Below, in pieces: positions 20,213-30,566 of a DNA stretch of 58,785 nt (the stretch's first letter is position 1; each line of letters opens with the position of its first letter). Source of the DNA: a virus (taxonomy: Duplodnaviria; Caudoviricetes). The notes below the pieces were generated by a model. The model was not told the origin of the DNA. It worked only from the letters and a program-made list of their open reading frames with translations, and ran no database searches. Both the position numbers and the translations under genes were made by a program. The stretch is taken from positions 1 to 58,785 of the IMG/VR virus record IMGVR_UViG_3300021507_000132. One strand, written 5' to 3'.

Positions 20213-21417
20213 CTTTCAGATAGAGTAGCTTGCTGTTCAAGCAAGAATTTTGCCAATTCAGCATCCAATTCTTCAAATTGGACTTCTGATAGTTTTTGAG
20301 TTTCTCCTGCTTGAGGAACAGTTTTCCTATTTTCTTGCAAAGATTTTTTGGTTTCTTCCTGTTCCTTCTCTTTCTGTTTTGCTTTCCACTCTTTTGCAGC
20401 TTTTTTCATTAATTCTGCTACACTTCCTTCGCCTTTGTGTTCTTTTATGTATTCTTTGACGAAGTCTGTGTATTCAGAATTAACTTCTCTCAAAGCCTCA
20501 ATAATGTCTTCTGGAAAGTCCTCACCCAATTTTTGTCTGTTTTCTTCTTCCATTTTTGGATATTCTGGGTATTTCTCTTTAGGATATTTCTCTTTCTTTT
20601 TCTTTGCTAATTCTTCGGGTGCAGGGTAATCTTCTTTCTTTTCTTCTGGATATTTGTCTTTCTTTTTCTTTAGTTCTTCTTTAATTGCTTTGTTTTCTTC
20701 TAGAACTCTCTTAAGCATTTCTTTTATTTCTGATAATTCCTGTGTAGATTCCTGAGAAGATTCTTGTTTAGGCTCTTCCTTGCTTGCTTCTTCAGTCTTT
20801 GTTTCTTCCTTGACGTCGTTCCCTTCTTTTTTCTCTTCGTCTTGCATATTCAAAATTCTCCCATTTTGCGGATACCAACGGCAAAGATTGCCGTCAGAAT
20901 CCACAAAACAGAAGCGTGCCATTGCAGGATCAACAACCTGCTCTATAAGAACTTCTTTCTCTGGTTGAGCGGAGAGAAAGAATTTTTGATTTATATAATT
21001 TGTCCTAACCTCTTTACCGTCTTTATTCAAATAAGTTGTTTTAACAGCAGGCTCAAATACCACATTAAAGTTAAGGAATCTCATTTCTCTCATTTCTCCA
21101 TTTTCTTCCCTTCCTTCTAATTCTGGAGATATTCCAAATTTAGCACCTGCTTCTAATTTATTAACCAAAACTGGATCGTAAATATAAATGTCTCCTTTTA
21201 AGCTATCGCCTTCTATATGAGGGTTTTTAACTTCGCCAACCCATGTAGCAGCTTCATATGGACGGTGATCTAAGAATATAGATAAGGTTTTTCTATCCCA
21301 TACTGTCTTGTCATAAGCATCTTTAATTACATCTACAGTATAATCTATACCATTAGCTTTTCCAGCAGACATTAAAGGCCAGTTTTTTCTGACAAAAGCA
21401 ATTTTTGCCTTTCCCAT
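20209..21417 (-). CDS. prohead protease-scaffold fusion
   Basis: IFLDH, WVGEV, FGISPE, VFEPAV protease motifs plus charged helical C-terminus. Confidence 0.85.
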   Translation of the reverse strand: MGKAKIAFVRKNWPLMSAGKANGIDYTVDVIKDAYDKTVWDRKTLSIFLDHRPYEAATWVGEVKNPHIEGDSLKGDIYIYDPVLVNKLEAGAKFGISPELEGREENGEMREMRFLNFNVVFEPAVKTTYLNKDGKEVRTNYINQKFFLSAQPEKEVLIEQVVDPAMARFCFVDSDGNLCRWYPQNGRILNMQDEEKKEGNDVKEETKTEEASKEEPKQESSQESTQELSEIKEMLKRVLEENKAIKEELKKKKDKYPEEKKEDYPAPEELAKKKKEKYPKEKYPEYPKMEEENRQKLGEDFPEDIIEALREVNSEYTDFVKEYIKEHKGEGSVAELMKKAAKEWKAKQKEKEQEETKKSLQENRKTVPQAGETQKLSEVQFEELDAELAKFLLEQQATLSER

Positions 21418-21487
21418 AGATTTAAAAGATTAACAAGAGTATTTATTTTAAAGTAATAAACAGATGACAGAAATGACAGAATTGACG

Positions 21488-24097
21488 CTAATCTATCTTA
21501 ATTTTTTTAGGTTTCTCTCCTGGTTTGCACCATATCAACCACTTTTGTTTCTTCTGTTTTAACTCTGCTATTACTTCATTCAAATTGTGAGATTCTGCGT
21601 AAGGTGTCTGGTCTACTGGAAAATCTATAAGCCATTTTCTTGTGCCTGCAACAGGAGCATAAGTGATTAAAACTCTTCCTTTCATTTTGTTACCGTACAA
21701 GAAGTATTCGCGGCTGTGCTCTCTAACACAACCTAATTCGTAAGTGCCCCAGTCCAATGCAAAGAATTTAGCCCACTTGTTCGTTGTGCTTCCAACACCT
21801 TTTGGCGGAGATAAATAAGGTTTGTCTCGACCAACTAAGAGCCAGCTTCGTGGCTGACATTGTTTGGGAGCCACTTCTAATTTCTCAAACTTAGTTTCTC
21901 CTTTGTATTGTGCCATATATATCAATTTAGAACCTTCTTTTACCGGAATATCTTTAGCAGAACCTTCAAATACTGTAAATCCGTGTAATGTTCCATTATT
22001 GCTCAATCTTAAATCTCCGTGAACAGAGTGCTTGCCTTGTACCAATAAACCTCTAAGATCCAGAGTCTTTGCTTCTTGTTCAGACAAACCTCTGAAATGA
22101 AGCTGATATACCCATTCTCCTTTTCCAGACTTAGGATATAAATTATGCCAATTTTCTTCAAAAAACTTCTGAGCAGCTTCACTTCTCGTTCCGCCTTCAG
22201 AATCTTCTGTATCGTCAATACTTTCTTTAGGCAATTTGCTATTTCTCTTAACAACAACTTCTTGTTCTTCTACAACTTTAGAGCCAATAGAACACACTAA
22301 ATTATCCAATTCAGACAATGGCGTGGTTTCTTTTTTCTCTGTTATGTGCCTTATTTTTGGTTTGTGTATAGAGTAATAAATGCCTTTTGGAGTTTCATGT
22401 CTCCAAATATCCTCTATTTCTACACTGATAATATCTCCCGGTTTAAATGTTTCAGTAGTATTAAATGTATTTTTCAAATCCAGAACTTTTCTGCCGTTGA
22501 ATTCTGTTAGTCTGTCTGGATTTATTTTCTTGGCTTGCTCTTCTGTTACATACACACCTATTTTATAATTGTATGTTCCTTCTTTTGAAGTCTTGTTTTG
22601 CTGCAAAACAACGCAGTCAATATCATATAGTTTGTGATATTTCAACCAAGCACGAGATTTTTCGTCAAAGGTATAAGGAGCATTGGCTTCTTTTATAACT
22701 GCTCCTTCACTGCTTGGCAATGCTGTTGCCCATTTTACAGCTTTTTCAAGTTCTGCTTTTCCCTTAACTAGTTTGTAAGGAGTATCTGTGATTCTATTAG
22801 TTAGTTTAAGTTTTTTCAAGTATTCTTTCCTGTCTTTTAGTGGCAAATTTCTTAAATCATTGCCATCATAGTAAATAATATCCCAGATATGCAGCTTTAT
22901 GTTAGAATCGTCCACCTGCTTTCCAGATTCTACAGCTCCTATAAATTTCATTAATGGACGCCTTCCCAAAGCTTTTCCTTCTTTATCGTATGGCACTAAT
23001 TCTCCATCTACGTAAAAATCCTTGTCGCTTAGTTTTTTAATGTCCTCCACAAGAGTCTTGAACGCCGAAGTAATGTCTTTTTTCTGCTCTGAATATATCT
23101 TTACTGCCTCGCCTTTTTTGACAATAGAAGCATGAAAGCCGTTGAATTTCTTTTCAACGTAATATTCTGTGTCTTCTTTTGCCTTATTCAGCAAATCCTC
23201 AACTGAATTGTATGCAGAACCAAAAGGCTTTTGAGGCAAATAAGGCACTGGAATTTCCGATAAGTCTAACTCTTTCATTTCTATTTTCTTAAATGGATTT
23301 CTCAATTCCAATTTCAAATCATATAAAGGTATAAAAGAATCTGCAGGTCCAGTAGGCTCAAAAAACACATGAACATCCTTATCAATTCCTAACTTATCTA
23401 ATTTCTTTCTGAACAAAGTATAAATGGCTCTTTTTATGAAATCCAAACCATCTAATCTTATCAAAATATCTACATCATGTCCTTCTCCTTTTTCAACAGT
23501 AGATCCAACAAGACTTATAAAATCTTTGACAATTATTTTGTCTTCAAGGTTTGATAAAAGTTTACCCAAAACTTTATCTTTATGCTCCTCAATGCATTCG
23601 TCAATGATAAAGTCTTTTTTCGTCAAATTCTTGATATCTGAGCCTTTTACTATTGTAGCGTGCGAACACGAAGTATTAGTAAAATAATCGCTAATTTTAT
23701 TAAGTAATTCGTCTGTATTGGATACAACAGCCTGATCTAGCAGTTTTGAATTCTGATAAAACAAAACTAAGATTTTAGTATTGTTCTTTGCCAGTTCTAC
23801 TTTAAATTGTTGTAAATCTTTAATATATTTTTCGAGTTCTTCTTTGGATTTTGCTTGTAAGTCTTTTAATTGAGCTTCAACTTGCTTCAATTTCTTTGAC
23901 TTACTGTGTAGTTTTTGTTCTTGCAATTCATATTTTTTCTGTAATTTAGAATATTCGCGTTGTAAATTTTTTAATTCTAACTCAACTAATCGAGAATTGG
24001 ACTCCAGTTCTTTCAGTTGTTCACGCTTTTGAATTATGGTTTCCTGAAGTTCTCGTTTCTTTTTTTGATATTCCTGAGCTATTAGCTCTACGTTCAT
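21488..24097 (-). CDS. multidomain protein: coiled coil + nucleotidyltransferase + ATP-dependent ligase (with OB fold) + LigD-type phosphoesterase-like domain
   Basis: LVGS..GHDVDILI; EKKFNG, VDGELV, IWDII, SEGAVIK, WLKY; YQLH..HGDLRL..DWGTYE. Confidence 0.8.
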   Translation of the reverse strand: MNVELIAQEYQKKKRELQETIIQKREQLKELESNSRLVELELKNLQREYSKLQKKYELQEQKLHSKSKKLKQVEAQLKDLQAKSKEELEKYIKDLQQFKVELAKNNTKILVLFYQNSKLLDQAVVSNTDELLNKISDYFTNTSCSHATIVKGSDIKNLTKKDFIIDECIEEHKDKVLGKLLSNLEDKIIVKDFISLVGSTVEKGEGHDVDILIRLDGLDFIKRAIYTLFRKKLDKLGIDKDVHVFFEPTGPADSFIPLYDLKLELRNPFKKIEMKELDLSEIPVPYLPQKPFGSAYNSVEDLLNKAKEDTEYYVEKKFNGFHASIVKKGEAVKIYSEQKKDITSAFKTLVEDIKKLSDKDFYVDGELVPYDKEGKALGRRPLMKFIGAVESGKQVDDSNIKLHIWDIIYYDGNDLRNLPLKDRKEYLKKLKLTNRITDTPYKLVKGKAELEKAVKWATALPSSEGAVIKEANAPYTFDEKSRAWLKYHKLYDIDCVVLQQNKTSKEGTYNYKIGVYVTEEQAKKINPDRLTEFNGRKVLDLKNTFNTTETFKPGDIISVEIEDIWRHETPKGIYYSIHKPKIRHITEKKETTPLSELDNLVCSIGSKVVEEQEVVVKRNSKLPKESIDDTEDSEGGTRSEAAQKFFEENWHNLYPKSGKGEWVYQLHFRGLSEQEAKTLDLRGLLVQGKHSVHGDLRLSNNGTLHGFTVFEGSAKDIPVKEGSKLIYMAQYKGETKFEKLEVAPKQCQPRSWLLVGRDKPYLSPPKGVGSTTNKWAKFFALDWGTYELGCVREHSREYFLYGNKMKGRVLITYAPVAGTRKWLIDFPVDQTPYAESHNLNEVIAELKQKKQKWLIWCKPGEKPKKIKID

Positions 24098-24911
24098 AAT
24101 TAAATAATTCTTCCAATGTATTTATATCAGCCAAACTTAGCAAAATCTTGTCACGTATTTCGTTTTGCTTTTCAATGTCAGACACTAATCGTTGAGCCAA
24201 ATCGTTCGCAAGCTTTTTTATTTGTTCATCAGAAAGTTTGGTTATTACAGCATTTAATTTTTTCAGCAAAGTTTCTAAATATTCCAAAATTTTTTCTTTG
24301 TCTCTCACAGTCAAAGGTTGTCGCGGTACAATACCACCAGTAATATGCTTAAGTTCATAACCAGTAGTATTAGCCTTTTGATGCTCATTTAATTTTTCAT
24401 CCCAGACTGCATCTGCAACATCTGCGGGAGTAGTGCCCTCCCACGAGCCACTACCATGTTTGCTCTCCAAAGATGTTTTATCGATAGAACCCGCTATCTC
24501 ATCATTTGGTAGCTTGCTCTGGATTTCATCTGTGTCTGCCTCAATTGCATCTATCTGCGCTTCCGTCTCGTCGGTTAAAACTACCTTCTCACCATCCAGA
24601 GTCGCTTTTATGTCTGTCCCAACGAAGTCCATCTTATCTGTCTGTGCTTTTATGTCGTCCGGGTAACCACCCAATATTATCTTACCTTGTTGTTCCTCTA
24701 TGCCATTGGTCATAATCCACAAGTATTCTGTTTTTGTTGTGACTGATTGCGAGAACAGATATTTAAATCGCCCGGTTGTGCCTATTTCGGAACATGTGGC
24801 AGCATCCACAACTTTTGTATCATCAGACAATCTGTAAATGGTAATGGTTACAGTATCGCCGGTTGTGAAATTGCCTAAAATATACGTAGATTCTGTTTTA
24901 AGGTATCTCAT
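24021..24911 (-). CDS. putative virion structural protein
   Basis: SEIGTTGRFKY and VADAVWDE motifs seen in viral structural proteins; C-terminal coiled coil. Confidence 0.5.
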   Translation of the reverse strand: MRYLKTESTYILGNFTTGDTVTITIYRLSDDTKVVDAATCSEIGTTGRFKYLFSQSVTTKTEYLWIMTNGIEEQQGKIILGGYPDDIKAQTDKMDFVGTDIKATLDGEKVVLTDETEAQIDAIEADTDEIQSKLPNDEIAGSIDKTSLESKHGSGSWEGTTPADVADAVWDEKLNEHQKANTTGYELKHITGGIVPRQPLTVRDKEKILEYLETLLKKLNAVITKLSDEQIKKLANDLAQRLVSDIEKQNEIRDKILLSLADINTLEELFNYERRANSSGISKKETRTSGNHNSKA

Positions 24912-26479
24912 GGTAACATCACCTCCTGGTCAACACAGACATTTGAATGAATTAACCTTATTAGCCAATCTATTTTCTTGTTCACGGTGAACTTCTTTCT
25001 ATATGTCTGATAACTAGGTTTGCTGATTTCTATGGTGTGCGGAGTATAATATGTTTCAGTTCTCTTCGGAGAAGCATTGTTGTCATAATGAACATAGATT
25101 TCTTTTAAGGTTTGCTCTGGCAATGTCCCATTTGTATCGGTAGTTGCATTCACAACTAATGCACCTGTTTTATCCCATATTTTAACTGTTGCTCCCTCAA
25201 TACCATTTCCGTCTTTATCAATAACTTTAAGATTGAAATGAAAATATTTATATACTCTATCATTTGTATCTGCCCAGTAGAATGTAATATTGTCATTTTG
25301 GATTATACAATCATATAAGTTAACCAAACTGTTATAATAAACTATTAGTTGTTGAGTATCTGAAAATTCAACATTTGAAATATTAGCATCTTTACCACTA
25401 AGAATTCCTTCACAATCTTTGGCTAATGTTAATCCATTTATATCTAAATTCTCAGAATACTGATATAATTTACTACTAACCGAATAATGCGTTCTGTGTA
25501 ATTTACTACCACTTGCAGTTGCTACAAAATAAAACAAACTATTTCCGTTTAAAACACTATCTCTGATGTCTATCAATCCTGGATTGCCGAATGCAGGGTC
25601 ACCGAAAGAACCATTATGATGGTAGTATACAGAAGCATAGAATTTAAAACTGCCTTTGATATAATTATAAGGTTCTCTACGAAAAGTTGTGTGATAAATT
25701 GAACCGCCGTTTATTCCAAATCCATCCGCATCTAATTCTCCAAATTGGATTGTCCCACCAGAATCTATAAAAAAGGTGTTGTAATAAGAACCACCATCAT
25801 AATGTCCTAATTGTAATTGTTCTCCGTCTTTTATTGTCAAAGTTCCGCCATTCTTTGCTCTAATATGTGCTTTAATCAGATATGCTTTTTCCCCTAATTT
25901 GTCTACTACACCCCAACCTCCACTATCAGAAGCATCTTTTAAATCCGAAAGACGCACAGAAGTATCAAAATCTATTGTCCAATCCTTTACTTTCACCGTT
26001 TGGTTGCTTTGGGCTCCTCCCTCTGTTAAATTAGTAAGTGCTGTAATCCTGCATCTCACCCAGACACATCTGCCATAAGTTGACCCTGTTAAATCATTTT
26101 TAGGTCTCATTGATGGTGGAACTGGAAATGTTACCCAATTTTCACCTGCATTCTGAAAAGCATTCGTATTATCCACAAGACCTGGAATAGCAACCCATGC
26201 ACTTCCATTCCAATACTCCCAAGCAACTGTTATAGAATCGGCTACCAAGGGAGTCCCAACAAAAAATTTTATATCGTGAAAACTTTGTTGTGGTTTTTTA
26301 TTTTTGTTTCCATAAGAATATCCCCAGCCGAAATATAAAGCATCACCAACTGTTGCATCATCATCAAAATAATCAAAGTCTGTTTGGTCGCAATAATTAG
26401 TTGTTATCCACTCTGAAGCACTTTCATCCCAATAAATTATGTTGCTTAACTCCTTTTCGTGGTCAAAAGTTATTGCCAT
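24908..26479 (-). CDS. putative adhesin/fibre with beta-helix and carboxypeptidase-regulatory-like domain
   Basis: WEYWNGSAW; VIDKDGNGIEGATVKI...TTDTNG...IEISKPSYQTY. Confidence 0.55.
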   Translation of the reverse strand: MAITFDHEKELSNIIYWDESASEWITTNYCDQTDFDYFDDDATVGDALYFGWGYSYGNKNKKPQQSFHDIKFFVGTPLVADSITVAWEYWNGSAWVAIPGLVDNTNAFQNAGENWVTFPVPPSMRPKNDLTGSTYGRCVWVRCRITALTNLTEGGAQSNQTVKVKDWTIDFDTSVRLSDLKDASDSGGWGVVDKLGEKAYLIKAHIRAKNGGTLTIKDGEQLQLGHYDGGSYYNTFFIDSGGTIQFGELDADGFGINGGSIYHTTFRREPYNYIKGSFKFYASVYYHHNGSFGDPAFGNPGLIDIRDSVLNGNSLFYFVATASGSKLHRTHYSVSSKLYQYSENLDINGLTLAKDCEGILSGKDANISNVEFSDTQQLIVYYNSLVNLYDCIIQNDNITFYWADTNDRVYKYFHFNLKVIDKDGNGIEGATVKIWDKTGALVVNATTDTNGTLPEQTLKEIYVHYDNNASPKRTETYYTPHTIEISKPSYQTYRKKFTVNKKIDWLIRLIHSNVCVDQEVMLP

Positions 26480-26480
26480 A

Positions 26481-26741
26481 TTATAAACCTTTTAACATCT
26501 TGAGAAAGTCCTGTTTCTCTTTTAATCTTTTTTTCAATTCTTCTCTATCTATCATTTCTAATTGTGAATTCCAGTAATCCAATGTTTCTTGGTCTGGTTT
26601 TGTCTTTGGTTTGGGAGTATTATCCAGTTGTGCCTTTAGTTCCGAGATTTGCTTCTCAAGTTTATCTAGGTGTATTTCGCTCTCAATTATTTCTATTTTT
26701 TTGATTATGTTCGGGTTATTGGTTTTTTTGTATTCTGTCAT
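26481..26741 (-). CDS. hypothetical coiled-coil protein
   Basis: Co-oriented ORF. Confidence 0.55.
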   Translation of the reverse strand: MTEYKKTNNPNIIKKIEIIESEIHLDKLEKQISELKAQLDNTPKPKTKPDQETLDYWNSQLEMIDREELKKRLKEKQDFLKMLKGL

Positions 26742-26758
26742 AATCTATTATTTGCTTT

Positions 26759-29182
26759 TTATATATTTATACTTTGTTTCAAAGCTTCAAAATTAAGACT
26801 TATGCCCAATAAAATATTTCTTTCTTCTTTTGTCAAATCAACAGCTTCCCATAATTTTTTGTAAGCTTCTGAACCGTACTCTGGACTAGCAGTCCAATTC
26901 ATTCTTCCAGATTTCTTTCTTCTCGCTATCTCTTTTAATATCTTTGTTGCTAATTGAATGATTTGTTCTTTAGTGAATTTGATTTTCTTGCCTTGCAGAA
27001 TTCTGGAGTAATAAGCTACTGCCAATCTAAAATCGTCAGCCAGTACTTCATTTTCCATGTTATGAGCATTGTAATTGTAAATGTCTTGTATCAACTCTAA
27101 AGTCCTGTGAAATTTGTAGTCTTCTTGATTTTTAACAGTAGTTGCGAAACTCCAGTTCTCTACAAAAGTCTGCGTTCCTTTAGGAACTGCTGCTGGTTTG
27201 GGCTCAGGAAAATGCTCTACCCACTCAAATTCATACGCATATAATTCATTTTTATCATCCCACCATTCTTTTCGTTCTGTTTCTGTTATTTTATGTTTTT
27301 CTCGGAGTTCTTCAAATTCTTTCAGACTTATTTTCTTGACATTTGTAAGTTTGATAATGCCATAACAAAACTCATTGTCCAACAAGTAAAGAGGTTTGTC
27401 TAACATATTTTTGTAGTTTCTTGACTTCACTATCAGTTTTTTTTCATTATTGTATATCATTTCTGCGTGTGGTTTAACTAAATATATGCCTGTTCTTCTG
27501 TTTTCTGCTAGTTGAACTGAATCCTTAGCAATCCATAACAAATCTGTATACTCTCTGACTTCAGGCCTGACGCTAGACGGCTGAGTTCCTCTACTTTTTC
27601 TTTTGAGTTTCTTTACTGTTACTTCCTTTTTGTGTTGCGATAATATTTTTTTATAATCAATATATGGTGAATCAGAAGTGCTAACCAATATTATTTTACA
27701 TTTTTTGGCCAGTTTTTCAATGAGTTCTGGAATCTTTTGTCTATCAAATTCAGGTATTACAAAATCTTTTTGCATTAAGATTGAATTTATATTTTTATAC
27801 TGATGAGCAGTATATGGAACTTCGTCTCCTTCTTTAATGTCATAAGGAGGATCCCAGTAAATAACCTCAACATTTGGAATCTCCAAATCAAAAATATCTT
27901 TGTTAGTAACTACTGCTTCTCCAGGTATTATTTTTTTGAGAATATCAGCATAACTGGCTTTGGCAAATTCAACAGCTGAGTGGACTGTCCATTTGTAAGG
28001 TCTAAATACTCCAAAACTGCCCATAAATCTTGTAAGCATGTCAGCACAAATAGCTAACAAAAAGTCTTTAACAGGATTTTTCTGATCATGAGCATAAGTA
28101 ACCAAACCGTCTATATATTTTCTTAATTCCACAGAACCAGGTCTTTTTAGATTTGATTTAGTAAGCCAGCCTTCAACAGGTTTAGCTTTTAAGAATTTCT
28201 CAAACTCTTCTTGAGGCAGTTTATAGTTGCCTAAAATTGCTTTAGAATAGTAATATGCTACAGGACTTATATCATTAACAATTACTTTAGCTCCTCTTTG
28301 TTTCATTCTCCAAGCTATAACAGAACTGCCAGTCATAGGATCAAAAAATGTTTTTGTATCTTTTGGAATTTCTGCTAGTATTTCGTCAGCATTCAATCTT
28401 TTGCTCCCAACATACCTAAAAAGTTCATAAATTTCTTGTAAATTTTCAATTACCATCCCATCATAAGCCAATCTTACATCAGTAGAAATTCCATGAAATT
28501 TACAATATTCATTTATTCTTTTCTGAGCTTTATAATGATCTGGGTAAGTTTTGCCTATTTGAGTTAAAATTGCTCTTTTAGGTTTGTATTTCTTAATTAG
28601 TTGTAACGCTTGTTCAGTATTCATATGCCCTCTTATCTTGCGATCAAAATACATAGCAGCATCAATTATCATTAAATCTACATTTTCAAAATATTTTTCA
28701 GACTCAGAAGGCACAGATTCCATGTCTTCAGCATATAAAACATCATTAAATCTAAAGCCTAAACAAGGGTACTTTTCGCCAGTAGGAAACGGCTCTGCAT
28801 GAATTACTCTAAAAGGTGTGAATTGAACACCAAGAACTTGAAATGGTTTTCCGGGTGTTATGTCATGTTCTTCTAATTCTAAAGTCTGCCAGATTTCATG
28901 AATTAAGTTGAAATTGTGTTTTAGTGTATAAACGGGTATCTTGCCAAATCTCTCAACAACTTTAGGCAAACCTTTTACGCAATCACTATGCATGTGTGTA
29001 ATTAAAACAGCATCTATTTTATCTATAGCATTCTTGAACAATTGTTCTTCTATCATTGGTGTAGCGTCTATAAGAATATTGCCTTTTTTTGTTTCTAGCA
29101 GCAGAGAGGAATTGCTCCTGTAATTTTTTCCTCTGCCTTTTACGGCTATGGCAGGACCCGTTCCTAGGAATACAAGATTCAT
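26759..29182 (-). CDS. multidomain protein: metallo-beta-lactamase (PhnP-like) + DNA adenine methyltransferase + ASCH-like + unknown domain
   Basis: FLGTG, LITHMHSDC; RYVGSK, FDPMTGS, YWDPPY; IYLVKPHAEMIYNNEKKLIVKS. Confidence 0.82.
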   Translation of the reverse strand: MNLVFLGTGPAIAVKGRGKNYRSNSSLLLETKKGNILIDATPMIEEQLFKNAIDKIDAVLITHMHSDCVKGLPKVVERFGKIPVYTLKHNFNLIHEIWQTLELEEHDITPGKPFQVLGVQFTPFRVIHAEPFPTGEKYPCLGFRFNDVLYAEDMESVPSESEKYFENVDLMIIDAAMYFDRKIRGHMNTEQALQLIKKYKPKRAILTQIGKTYPDHYKAQKRINEYCKFHGISTDVRLAYDGMVIENLQEIYELFRYVGSKRLNADEILAEIPKDTKTFFDPMTGSSVIAWRMKQRGAKVIVNDISPVAYYYSKAILGNYKLPQEEFEKFLKAKPVEGWLTKSNLKRPGSVELRKYIDGLVTYAHDQKNPVKDFLLAICADMLTRFMGSFGVFRPYKWTVHSAVEFAKASYADILKKIIPGEAVVTNKDIFDLEIPNVEVIYWDPPYDIKEGDEVPYTAHQYKNINSILMQKDFVIPEFDRQKIPELIEKLAKKCKIILVSTSDSPYIDYKKILSQHKKEVTVKKLKRKSRGTQPSSVRPEVREYTDLLWIAKDSVQLAENRRTGIYLVKPHAEMIYNNEKKLIVKSRNYKNMLDKPLYLLDNEFCYGIIKLTNVKKISLKEFEELREKHKITETERKEWWDDKNELYAYEFEWVEHFPEPKPAAVPKGTQTFVENWSFATTVKNQEDYKFHRTLELIQDIYNYNAHNMENEVLADDFRLAVAYYSRILQGKKIKFTKEQIIQLATKILKEIARRKKSGRMNWTASPEYGSEAYKKLWEAVDLTKEERNILLGISLNFEALKQSINI

Positions 29183-30321
29183 CCTATTTCCCCGGTTTTA
29201 TCTTTCTTGACATCCTTTTGGACGCCTTCAAGTATGTTTTCTATATCTGAGGGTTTGGGAACAATTTTGGGAGTTCTATGCCAGTTGCGAGATTTAGCCA
29301 ATCGTGCTAATATTTGAGTATTGAATTGATCTGCAAACAATTTTCTTCTAGCGTCATTAATCTTCATAAATATTTTTATCTGAGATACTAATGTAGATCT
29401 ATTGACGTCTTCGCCTCTCCCAGTTGCTATTGCTCCTGGCAAACCCATTCCAGTTATTTGTTGTTCTATGAAATAGTCTAAAAACTCTTTCAATTTTTCA
29501 ATTCTTGTAACTTTAAGAGTGTCTACTTTCATGTAATAAGGAATTGACAATTCTGTTTTGTAATTAAGATCTCGTATCATGTTTAAACCTGAATCAATCA
29601 TATCAGGAGTTGGTTGGTGGTCTTCGTCACCTACGCTCATAATTATTATAGGAAATCCTACTTTGTGTATTACATGAGATAAACCCATTTCAGCTTCATT
29701 TTTTCCTAAGGTAACAGAATATATTGGTTCTATTAACCCCAAACCATACCACCCATTACCAATCTTATCAAAATAGAATCTGGCAACTTGATCGTTTCGT
29801 AGAGGTATTCCTGTAACACCGCCAATAGTTACAAGTCTTCTTTGAACTGCAGGATCTAGCATTTGTTCAGTATTTACTGTTTGTAAGTAGCCTACAGGAT
29901 TTCCATAACTATCTAATTTTATTGCTCCCATATCTGTTTTCTGATAATCTATTGTTCTTGGATTCAAACTCACAACACCTATTAGTTTATTGTATTTGTA
30001 AACTAATTCACACCAAGCATCTCCGTATACAAACGCATCTCTGGCAATATCTCTTCTTAATTGCGGAAAATCAATACTATCCAAAAAGTCTTCAACTTCT
30101 TCTTTGATTTTGTTCGTAGGAGCTTCTATATCATAATCGCAATCAAACAATTGAACAGAAGTGTTTATAGCATTTCGAACTAAAGCGTCTGTCATGTATA
30201 TCCTTTCTGCTTCTGCTAAGTCCAGTCTTTTGAATTCAGGAATTGTAGTTTTGACTGATGAAGTTTTAAACTGCGTTGCTGGTTTTTCTTCCCGCAATAT
30301 ATACTTGTTTAATGGTATCAT
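29179..30321 (-). CDS. portal protein
   Basis: DAFVYGDAWCEL, WYGLGLIEP, GEDVNRST; follows terminase. Confidence 0.88.
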   Translation of the reverse strand: MIPLNKYILREEKPATQFKTSSVKTTIPEFKRLDLAEAERIYMTDALVRNAINTSVQLFDCDYDIEAPTNKIKEEVEDFLDSIDFPQLRRDIARDAFVYGDAWCELVYKYNKLIGVVSLNPRTIDYQKTDMGAIKLDSYGNPVGYLQTVNTEQMLDPAVQRRLVTIGGVTGIPLRNDQVARFYFDKIGNGWYGLGLIEPIYSVTLGKNEAEMGLSHVIHKVGFPIIIMSVGDEDHQPTPDMIDSGLNMIRDLNYKTELSIPYYMKVDTLKVTRIEKLKEFLDYFIEQQITGMGLPGAIATGRGEDVNRSTLVSQIKIFMKINDARRKLFADQFNTQILARLAKSRNWHRTPKIVPKPSDIENILEGVQKDVKKDKTGEIG

Positions 30322-30566
30322 CTTCTTCTTTTAATGTCTCGTACGAGTTCTACGAGTTCGTAACGAATAAAAAAGAGGACGTAGCCATAACCCAATACAC
30401 TAACATAATCGAACTTGCTGTTAAAGCAAGTCATTGCAAAACAATTAAATAGTGTTCCGGAAATTAAGATGTATGCTGCAGAAGCATAAACATATTTGGC
30501 ATTATCAGATTTTAGAAGTTTGGATAATTTAGTCCAAACCGAGTTGTTCTTTAAGCATTTCCACAT
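30318..30566 (-). CDS. small two-TM membrane protein
   Basis: Hydrophobic segments; likely start MWKCLK at 30566. Confidence 0.5.
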   Translation of the reverse strand: MWKCLKNNSVWTKLSKLLKSDNAKYVYASAAYILISGTLFNCFAMTCFNSKFDYVSVLGYGYVLFFIRYELVELVRDIKRRR

